Source: Laetmonice hystrix (taxonomy: Eukaryota). Taken from it: a stretch of DNA of 64,000 nt. Positions 54,031 to 64,000 of this stretch are shown one piece after another. How positions within the stretch are numbered: the first letter of the stretch is position 1; each line of letters starts with the position of its first letter. The notes beneath the pieces were generated by a model that worked only from the letters and a program-made list of their open reading frames with translations, searched no databases and had not been told where the DNA came from. The stretch spans positions 12,834,001 to 12,898,000 of the forward strand of contig OZ249443.1 in assembly GCA_965235115.1 (NCBI GenBank). The letters run 5' to 3'. The position numbers were made by a program, and so were the translations under genes.

Positions 54031-56214
54031 AGAGATGTTATTACGATGTCCTCGTTAGGCCACATCGAGGGTTACCTATACACTTGCATGAAACAGCAAT
54101 TCTCGTAATTTTTTGCCCAGTATATCAGAACCTGTTCAAGACTAATAGTATCGACGCCAAAAAGTCTCGTATAACGAACTGTGATACACCGATCGGGCTC
54201 TCCAGGAAAAACCCCTTCAATTAATCTCAAACAAATGAGCATGACGTGCAGATTATACATCTTACAAAGGCAAGACCCACGGGTTCTTCCGGAGGGGCAG
54301 GACCCTTTTATTCATTCAAGGATATTATTCAGCAAAATAAGAGGCAACCCGTGCTGGGATCTAAACACTGAAAATGTGAATGCATTTACACTTTAGGAGA
54401 AGACGTCATCACAAGATCTCTAATGTCCACATGTCCTTGGGAGTAAATTATTGAAGTCAATACGCTCTACTGTTACTACAGTAGTCGTCTCTATAAACAC
54501 CACCAACCATGCGAGTCTCTGGCAGACAGCATCTCCATATCAGATACGGATGGTTGAGAGCCTTGGTCCCATGTCTGTCAAACCCTGATTCTCCGAGTGC
54601 CGACCTCCGCCCCCCCCGTCCCGATAGGACCCAGTCTAATGATGACCACTCTCTGCAGCCACACTACCCTTGAGTTGCACTTCTAAAGCCAAACGTCTGT
54701 CGAGGTCGACTGAATGGCTTTTCATCAGCGGCTAATTCGGCGTGAGAATTGCTGCTAAAAGGATGGAAGTCCGTCCACTTGTCCGGAATGGCCGCGAGCC
54801 TCGTGCCGTCAAGGGTTCTACTTCTACAGTAGGCGGCCGCAATAGCAGCAGTGGCCGTCTGCCCACTTGAAACACACCTTCAGTTGCCAGTCACCTCAAG
54901 GTGTGGTTCAAGTCCATCCACGTGACAGAGCAGTTCTATTCCTGTCCTCCCAACTTTGTCTTCCTGTGAGAAAAAGGAGCACTTTGATTCGCCGGCTTGT
55001 CTGGTTTGGGGAGATGAAAACGGAAAGACCTTTTTCTCCACAAGCCGTGGTTCAATAATATGCCTGTATGTAATTAAATGACTGCGAAGGCAACCGGCAC
55101 CAACACTACTGCTATCACGGGGAATCTTTAGGACAACCCAATCTGTCTTTATCCAAGAAAGGCAATGGTCCCTCTGTCTTTTATTCATTGAAACTCACTG
55201 TCTCTTGAACAAAACCGTTCTTTTAGATGTCAAAGAATGGCAATAAAAAGATCTTCCTGCAAAGCTTTGCGAGTGTCATGGTCGACCATGTAAGCATGCA
55301 CGCTTATTTTTATCTCTCCGATAAAACTTCTCATGACTCTCACTCAAAAGTAGGCGGACAGCTGACTTTAGATACGGTATTACACATCAAAAAGCAAATG
55401 CAAAACACTGTTCCTTGGGGAACCGGATGTAAAGCTAGTGCAGATAAATTGATCATGACTTCACAAAACCAGGTCTCAGTTGCCAAATTTCAAAGACAAA
55501 AAAATGTCTATTCATCTGCATCTGATATTACAACGACCCATATAATAAAACTATTGATTTTTCTGTGAGAACGGATACTTCAAACCCAACCTGATTCACT
55601 GTCCCCAACGATCTTCCAAACCTTTTTGACCAACACAGAAAGACGGAAACTACTAATGCCCTAAACAACTCTAGGCCAAAGGTGAAGTTTCAGGGTCACG
55701 TTTACCAAATACCAAGTAAGAAACTTCAAAGACCGAGACCATATCTGGGCAGTAGTAATTACAGGCAATATTTTGACATTTTGGTGACCTTTGAAGCTGG
55801 GCTCATTTCAAACGAAACTCCAACCACTCCCTATCAGCCAGAACCGCACGGCGCCCACTGAAGATACGGAGTGCTCGGGCGCAATTGTCAAGTGGTTTCG
55901 TAACTGGCTCATCAAAGGAGGCCAAGAAGGCCAAGAGACAGGAAGACGAAACTGGGACATCTTCTAGTGCCGGGGTGAGGGTGAGGTCGAGTTTAACTCT
56001 TGGCCAAGACTCGATCCAGGCTAATGACTTGACCAGGCTTGCAAGTCCCGGAACCTCTGGAAGCCTGACTTTGACTAACCTCAGGGTATAAGACGACCGT
56101 CGTTTGTTGGTTTGGGTTTTATCAAGAATGGTGGAGAACCATTCTTGGTTTCATGTCTGTCAGTGACTATCTTCCCGAGAAGAAGAAGTTCATTAGACTT
56201 TCTTCAGTCCGTTT

Positions 56215-56430
56215 TGGGTGATGATGATGGCGCTGATAGCGACGATACGGGATGATGATATAATAAGGAGAAACCCACACACCGGGATAACGCCCTACTC
56301 TTTACGAGAAGAGGCAAAGGTTCCTTAACGTGCAGTTGGATGTAGAATTCAGAGTTGGGGGAGGACTCGAACCTATGAGGAGTCAAAACTCCCAGAATTG
56401 TGCCCATTTCTAGTCCGTATGTTGTGTTTG
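56215..56430 (-). mobile_element. tRNA-derived SINE with Deu/Nin-like conserved core
   Basis: Minus strand: perfect B-box GGTTCGAGTCC (56373-56363), then CACGTTAAGGAACCTTTGCCTCTTCTCGTAAAGAGTAGGGCGTTATCCCGGTG, resembling the Deu-domain core as I recall it (CACGTTAAAGATCCC...CGTAAGAGTAGGGG...CCCGGTG), then a (CAT)n-rich tail. Boundaries approximate. Confidence 0.6.
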
Positions 56431-57240
56431 TGAGATTTGACTGATAAATTATTAACTAAAGACACATTGAAGACGTTGCTCCGGGCCATGGTCTGGCCGC
56501 GGCCTGTGGCCACAGTCTGGGGGAGGGATCCTGTCTGTGGGATCCAATTATAATGGTCTCTGACGGCCGGCAAGCTCGTAAAACACAGAGAAAATCACAT
56601 TGGACATGACAACGGCTCCAGACCACACGTCGTCCCTCCTGATAAACTGTAACCGTGTTTTATAGTCAGCCACAAGTCTGATATCAACGGTTGTCAAGGC
56701 TGACTCGGTGCCGGTGAGTGGGTGAAAGACGTAAAATGGTTTGACGTCATCAAAATTTCATTTCGTAAACCAGAGGATGTATTTACTGGAGAAAAGGCTT
56801 TCTTATAGAAATCATACGGATAATTCAGAAGTTATATAGAGAAATGTATATCAACCCAGGGGGAAACAGCGCCAGCCAAGATGCTTTCAACTACTTATCA
56901 CTTGCCTGGGGCAGTCTGGATGCAAATGCTCAATTACCAGGATGCGCTTAAGGAATAACACATAAACGCACTTTTCTCATAAACATACAGACACCATTTT
57001 CTCAGACTTTTGCTCTCCCTTTACCCCACAAACAATTGGCTTGCCCAAGAGAAAGTTTTCTAACACCGGAACTCCATTTTTTATACCCAGGAACATTATG
57101 CTCACTCACAGCTGAAAAAGGTGGCCCTCCAAGCATCAAATTCGACAGGTTGGAATAAAGAGCCTGCAACTCCAGAAACGGTTGAGCCACTTACTGACGG
57201 CAAATTGTCAGATACGAGAACGCAGGCATGTCATAATCAG

Positions 57241-57306
57241 GTCACGGACTGGGACGAGCAAGGCGTACAGATGGACTGGCCCGCCTGAAGTGACTGGAGC
57301 CGGGAG
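57241..57306 (+). mobile_element. Possible decayed Tc1-like transposase fragment
   Basis: VTDWDEQGVQMDWPA*S-DWSR-E resembles the Tc1 motif W...QGI..MDWPARSPDLSPIE. The stop is consistent with a CGA>TGA change. Very short. Confidence 0.3.
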
Positions 57307-58820
57307 AGGGGGGGTGGCCAGTCCTGGAACTTCTCCATCGACAAATGATACCAGCCAGGTGGCTGGACGTGTCTGATGTTGTCAATGATCCACCACACTG
57401 ACTGGGCGTGTCTGATACAGCGTCATGATCAACGAAGTGGGCGGGTTGCCCGTCACGAACTCTATCAATCACAAGTCAATCTGAACCTGCGCTCTGAACT
57501 CAATCTTCACAGGTCATCGTGCTTCACGTTTGAATAATGACACCACCCTGGACGAGAGGGCGGGTGGGTATGGGGTATGAGGGGACCCTTTAGTGGGAGG
57601 CAGCTACAACTGGGGCAAATATGTCACTGGGTCAAGTGTAGGGACGCCTGAAGGATCCACCCATCAGGATCCTTGGGGCAAGGGTTCTGACAGGCACAGG
57701 GACTGGGGGCACACTTAGTGGGCCTTCATATACCGGGCGATACGGTCAGCCAGCTGTGTTAAGTCTGACTACCGATGTACTCTAAATAGTCACGAGTGGT
57801 CAGTTCTCAAGAGATGCTTCAGAATGCTCCGTCAGTGTGGCCCTGGAGCGATTTGAAATGTACAATCAGTTGTATGACGGTTTTGATTTGAAGAGAGAAT
57901 TTAATTTATAACTGTCTGGTACAATAAAGTACAGTAAAACTGACACCGTTTCAAGGCCAGTGAACTCTTGAAACTGTCGTCATAATCATGTGGAATCTTC
58001 CTGGGGTGAAAGTCCTTACCCCCCCCCCCCCCGGGGGGCCTGTAGTGTGGGGTGAGTAAAGCAGCTGACATCCCACAGTTCAATGTTTACCCCCCGTGGG
58101 TTCCTGCCGTGTCTGCCCCATGTATCACAAACGACGGCCCATAGATTCATGGCCTCCAATCTAACCTGTCACAGAGATATCTTGCTAGGGAAAATGGAAA
58201 ATTCTTGTCGCTTGTGCAATCTGAAATCGTGCACTATACATTCACTGTGGGTCAGGGGCTGACTGTAGGTAAACTGACCTTGCTGATATTACCTGTACTG
58301 CCTCCCGTCTGCACAGGTAGAGAGCTACACAAGCGAGGAAAGTCTTAAACATGAGGTGTATTTTTGTTGTTGGTACGTGTACGTATAATGAAACTATACA
58401 CCTTACCCTTTGTAGAGCTTTTGTTAGACACACATAAGGAAGTTAATATAATTTCTATGAACGATTTTACACGGAAAGCTGAATACAATGGAAGGTAAAG
58501 ACATCAGTCAAGCTTCAGGTATGACAAGTCTGGAAAGTGAAAAACTATCCCAAATTTGCTTAGTCTTTACCCTGCTTTTTTGACTTAGCTTTGACACGGA
58601 ACATAAAGGTATTCCATATTACTTTAAAATGGTCAACAGAAGTGGTTGAGTCTGATATATAATTGTCTATGAAAGCCACACATGTCATATAGCTTTTCAT
58701 TTCTAAAATATTATTCCAGTTCCCAACCGGCCGGCGAACCGAACCTGTTACAACGTCATGTTGATACAAAAAATATCATCCAAGGCCTACTCATCCTCAA
58801 CTTATACTTTACAGAAATAC

Positions 58821-59016
58821 GACGCCGACCATACGGCTGTGTCAACTGACAACATAACTCGGTTGACGTAACGCCAACCATACGGCTGTGTCAACTGACG
58901 ACATAACTCGGTCGACGTAACGCCAAACGTACGGCTGTGTCAACTGACGACATAACTCGGTCGACGTAACGCCAACCATACGGCTGTGTCAACTGACGAC
59001 ATAACTCGGTCGACGT
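58821..59016. repeat. 49-bp CpG-rich tandem repeat, about 4 copies
   Basis: Unit ccatacggctgtgtcaactgacgacataactcggtcgacgtaacgccaa at 58829, 58878, 58927 and 58976. Confidence 0.95.
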
Positions 59017-61342
59017 TTCCCTGACAACGTCGTCAGAAACCTTGCTCAACAATACGACATGACAAAGAGCTTTCCACACGCCGGTCGGGGATCCCACTTC
59101 ACTGAATCCGTCATAACGGATTACCAATACCCGAGACCCATTAAAAGATTGCGTGTTTCCATTAAACGATTGCCACACAATTTGTACCACCCTATCTGCT
59201 TCCCTACCAGTCCTACCACAGGCGCCACCATTGGCCTCACTATACGTGATACCTTCGTGCCCCAGGCAAGGCTCAGTTTCTATGGCTATGTGAAGTCCAT
59301 ATCCTTTAAGCCGAGTGATATTTTCGACTTAGTCTTGACGACCATTATATAATTATAAAATAACCGGTGCCTGACTTCTAGAAAATCCCCACAGGCCAGC
59401 ATCCACAATTAGTATTCACCAAATGAAACGCGTCAGGAAATTCATGAATCACAAGTTTAGAGCTTTAATGAATCCCAAGGCAACGTGAGGCTATACATCT
59501 GTCATACTCAATGGAAATCCTATGGACTAGCACACGCTCCTTCAGACATACTGCGTATGAAGTATACACTTTCAAATATGAATCTTTAGAATATGATAAT
59601 AACATAATAACCTCAACCGCCCTGACCAGCGTCTACATCCTATACACTCACAGGGCACACGTCGCCAGGGTGTTCGCTGAAACCCCTTAGCAGTGCTACA
59701 ACTTCAAAGTGATGATGAGCCATGTTTACACTAAGACAGATGGCTCTGCCCTTGATCTCCGCCCTTTGCCATCTTGCCAACCGAAAGCTGCCTTGTAACC
59801 CAACCTGCCGAGTCTGGCTTCGGGCAGCCACAGCTCTCTACCACCCCCGGCTCCCTACCACCCCTGGCCCCCACCTGTAACCCTGTCATCACCGACATCA
59901 CATCCCGGCTTCAGGTGTGGGTTTGACTCCCACCGCCTCTTGACCTCTAACATCAACACTTCCTGCGGTCACCAGGCTGGGCGTTTACCTCACCTAGCTC
60001 TCTGAATATCTCCTCAGTTAGGGCCACCAGCTCTGGCGACATGGGCAACTTTGGATGTTAGTTCGTTTGGCAAGACTTGTGTCTACTTCATCACGTTTAA
60101 CTTCCAATCAACAGGAAGTTTGTATAATTCTGAACATTTCTATAGGTCCACTAATGGGAAGTATTCTCTTTGTATTTTTTATTTAAAAAGATTCTCGTAT
60201 GGTTGGACTATCTAACGTATCACAGATAGTAATAATAATCAGATCCCGTTATCGAAGTTTCTCCTCATGAAAACCAATACCTGCGATTGTAGCCTTGAAG
60301 AGGAATACACACCGTCGTAATCAGAAAATGAAGGTTGAAGAACTTTGATGTTTTTATTCTACCCCATGACGGGGATGGCATGATGTACTGATGGTTCGGA
60401 AGGTATGCAGAAAATCTCCCGCTATCGATAAAGGATGTATTCTAATTTCGACACTCATTAATATTCTGTGATACCTAATGGTCACCTTGAGATAGAAAAC
60501 GTTTCCGTGAAGATGGCCTCAACCCGGCACGGCGTAAAACCACCATTTCTATTTCTCTTTCTCAAGAGGCAAGAGAAACTGATACGATCTACTGAGGAAA
60601 CACGATTGACAACTACAGTCCAGTCTACCGAAAGCGGATCTACGGTGACCGACCGGCCCCGCCCGGTTGTAAGGACATGACATGCTGTTTGTGTACGCCA
60701 AATTCAAAAGGGGGGGGGGGGGTAAATATATTCTGATCACCTGCACACCTAGCGTCCTAGGCACCTTAACAGTTTTCTTGAGAGGCAATCCCTGGTAATT
60801 GTAAGAGCATTACATCGACTCACCTACACTGAGCAAGTAATGGTGTTTAGTCCTTAAATCAAAAATTCCCTTCACATCGTTACAAATTAGATTGAAAGAC
60901 TTGCCTGGTAAGCTTAAATTGATTCCAGTAGTCTGAGTGCATTCTGTTTGTGTTGACAGTCCTCAAGCGAAGCAGACTGATCTTTTTATCTTCTGATTAT
61001 GATAGTGCGCCAATCAAGAATCTTTTGTCGATCCTAAATTGTCAGGCCGTTGATGTTTAGGAGTTGTAATGGTTTAAAAAACAATAAAACCCCATACCAA
61101 ACGAAGACAAAGTTTGGTATTAAATCCTCCATACGATTAAACTGAATAAAGGACTTTTGAAAATAAAAAATGATGAAAACATACTCTGATGGATAAAAAG
61201 GCAAAGGCGTATTTTGCTACCGGTTAAAATCCCCGGAATGGAGCAATGAAAATGAAAGGGATACCTTCGAATACAGCACCGTGAAATGTCCAAAGAATTA
61301 ACAGTCCCAATCTGTCTAAACATAACCCGACAGAATCCCATA

Positions 61343-61505
61343 CAGGGCTTTCAGATTAAGCCGTCAGCCGGCCGGATCTCCGTCTATAAGGGCAACCGGC
61401 GCCGGCTGCTTTAACGGAATTCCTTGAGGACGACCAAAAAAAACCTGATGGTGCCTGCTACTTTAGCCTAATCCCCGTCCTCTTAAATACAATTTGAAAG
61501 CCCTG
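61343..61505. mobile_element. 163-bp MITE with perfect 11-bp TIRs
   Basis: CAGGGCTTTCA / TGAAAGCCCTG. Flanks GAATCCCATA and GGATCACATA match at 8/10 positions. Confidence 0.65.
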
Positions 61506-62929
61506 GGATCACATATTCTTGAAAGTCTTAAATTATCTACCAAGCGATTTGGCTAACTTTCGATGGAAGAGTTACCTTCAAATTGAGAAATGCTTGGACG
61601 CGGCTGATAGTGTTTTAAGTAGATTTAAATGGTTCCAATGTTCTGAGCGACCGCTGAGAGCGTCCCCTGAGAACAGACAGCGTCTGCCGGCACAGACTGC
61701 CCCCTCCCCCCCACGGTCCGTGTCAGGTATTCATGATCATATATTAACCCCTACCATCAACATCTTGAGACACTCACCCCTTGACCCCTGACCCCCAGCC
61801 AGCTTCAGGATTCCCTGATGACCCTACCAGGCCGATATTGGCGTGAATCACCAAAAGATAAATATCAACGCAGCTGATTGTAGGCGTATGCGAGTCCCTG
61901 GGCACATTTAGTTCATAAAGGGGACGATTACTGTCTATCTTCAATCATATTGAAGATCATTAAAAGGTCATTTTCGTCCTTTTGATAGTACAGTACATGG
62001 CTCTAAAACATGCAGAAATCTCAACTTAAAGGAGTTTTTTTGGACATTATGTATGTGTTCGAATTTAACATTCAACCAATTTTTAATTTTATCTTGTAGA
62101 AGATGGCGATGAAGAAGAAAAAACAGAAATCTTCACTTGGGAAAAACATTCACTACATATCGGATCAGTTGGAGACTTTGAAAACAAGATAGCATGCCGA
62201 TAGGGAGCCTAGTTTTACCCCTCCCCTGTGACTTTGCTTTTCTATGAAAACTGAACTCTCACCCCTGACCTGGGACGCTGCACCCTGGAGACCCACTGGA
62301 GGTCAGCACCGACACCCAGTACATTCATCACGGTCCCAGTATCAGGGTCTCGGTCAGCCAGCCCCGTGAGGCCGGACCGTCTCGAGACTGGACTTGTCGG
62401 GGGGTACGGCCGGTCAGCCATCCTGAGTGGTCAGCGCTGTGGTCAGCGACTGACCATCGGCTGACCGGGTATTCGGCCACCAGTACCACAATGAGTCTGG
62501 TTCTGGTAGATATTCACATCTAGTTTGCGGGGATCTGGATCACTTAAATTACCAAAAGGATAAAGGATAAGTCCACAGTAATATATATTCTCCGTCGCCA
62601 ATTTCATGGCAGATCTTACAAACCCGTCAGTCCAATGTCTTTATTATTATTATCCACTCAGTCACGGACAGATTTATGGGACATTTATTTATTTATTTTT
62701 CTTAAGAACATGCGGTACCCCTTAGAATCGTTCAAACATTTTGGTTGACTGACAGCCATTGGCCCCGCCCACTGTTCGAGATCAGAGTTGTCTACCACCG
62801 TTCACGTTCAGACCAGACGTTTTAGGCCGTTCAGGGATGTTCAAGAAGAACTCTAGCACGTTCTCCAATGACTTGTGATCTGTCTGGCCTACAATGATCT
62901 GGATGAAATCCTGACACCTCAACACCACG

Positions 62930-63200
62930 TCTGCTCTCAATGACCCAGTTGTGGGACGTTAGTCTCTCTGCATGGGGATATACAAACTGACACCCATGAC
63001 TACCTGGAATCAGTGGATTCCAAGCCAAGCCGAGGGAGTCTCCCAAGCCAGTGGCTATCATTACGCTGAGGACAGAATAAAACACTTTTTGCTCAGGTTC
63101 AGACTGGGATTGAGCACAGCATCCTCACCGCTTTGTTCCCCGCGGTTTTTACACTTCTCCAGACTCATGGTTCCTGGAATCACGTCACGAATCCTACACG
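62930..63200 (+). mobile_element. Possible decayed LINE (I/Nimb-like) ORF2 C-terminal fragment
   Basis: Frameshifted TQLWDVS...IYKLTP...HFLLRFRLGLSTASSPLC resembles W..W....G..YK..P...LHR.GL..SPLC.CG at the ORF2 C-terminus. Judged by eye only. Confidence 0.35.
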
Positions 63201-63478
63201 AACCGAGCGTGGTGCTCCGCCCTCAGGGTTAACATGTGTGCGCAAACCGTCGCTCCCATCCAAGGGTTGTGCAGGCAGGTTTGTGCTGGCCAGAGCATTG
63301 ACCAGGCTACACCCTCCAACCTCAGGCCCACAGCCCCGAACACCTCCGTACACGGGTCAGGGGGAGACCGCGGGGGTCTGTTTGCGTGGACCCGGAGCGA
63401 ACACTATAAACGAAATCTATCTCCCGCCAACCACTGCCACACCGAGTGACTTAATGCTGAAGACAAATATCCACAGAA

Positions 63479-63533
63479 CTGGGGCCAGTTCGTATAAACC
63501 TAAGATCTTGCTTAAGCTTTAAAGCAAGATCTT
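63479..63533. repeat. Near-perfect palindrome next to a Harbinger-MITE-like terminus
   Basis: GGGGCCAGTTCGTATAAAC followed by AAGATCTTGCTTAAGCTTTAAAGCAAGATCTT. No partner TIR found. Confidence 0.4.
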
Positions 63534-64000
63534 TCACCGCCAATCTTTGCCCTGGAATGCCAAGTTGAACGGAACTGACAGACTGCAATTAACCTCCTCA
63601 GCTATCTGATCACGAACGAGGATTGTGGGAAGCCAAGATTGCCTGGCGTTCATCAAGGTGACATTGACCTGATCATACCAGTGACGGCCTGACATACCGT
63701 CTTACACCAGACAGATTTAGCCTGGTCACAAACCTGGTTACGGAGGACTCGGAGTGACATAAACAACCTCTGGAAACCATCTTTCTTGTCAGCCAGGTTT
63801 TCTGACCATTGTCTCAAGAAGCCCCTCACAAAAATATCATCATTTGGCGAAACGTTTATACCCGTGCAGTTTAGTGAAAGGCTGCGTCGCCCAAGGAGTC
63901 GCTGGTAAAGAAATATGTATATGTTTGACCCACACACAAAGTTCAAGATATATACATTGACGTCAGTATGAAAGCAGAAATGACATGGCAGAGTTCGATC

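Noticed and set aside
52716-54224. ORFs of 241-455 aa
   Set aside because: They cycle through all frames of the 100-bp repeat, which is an artefact of a stop-free unit.
56340-56430. Functional tRNA gene
   Set aside because: The B-box/T-arm is present but there is no proper acceptor stem or D-arm, and it is followed by a SINE-like core.
58560-58700. L1/Tx1 linker-like peptide (IDNYISDSTTSVDHFKVIWNTF...KSKKQ)
   Set aside because: Resemblance too weak and no adjacent endonuclease or RT motifs.
62100-62203. Plus-strand exon-like segment after a strong acceptor (EDGDEEEKTEIFTWEKH...)
   Set aside because: Runs into stops with no clear donor or homology; probably part of a TTAA-flanked repeat starting at about 62027.

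Overview
Eukaryotic (bilaterian animal, probably invertebrate) genomic DNA, roughly 40-45% GC by eye. It is almost entirely intronic sequence of one minus-strand gene, a NOS1AP/CAPON-like PTB-domain adaptor. Four coding exons with canonical AG/GT boundaries (28067-27972, 21195-21137, 14332-14224, 3831-3684) splice in frame to [137 protein letters not shown]. The N-terminal and C-terminal exons were not found and probably lie outside the window. The introns hold about nine unrelated tandem arrays (units of 4, 17, 27, 38-41, 49, 54, 74, 95 and 100 bp), several MITE/foldback elements, a tRNA-derived SINE with a Deu/Nin-like core and decayed LINE/Tc1 fragments. All long ORFs in the supplied track come from these repeats. 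The most notable non-coding signals are four perfect, co-oriented CTCF consensus sites, a hAT-like MITE with a 5-bp target-site duplication, a 95-bp array amplified inside a TIR element, and a speculative TIR-domain-like relic. I found no convincing evidence of a wholly new multi-gene system, and no CRISPR, rRNA or intact transposase.
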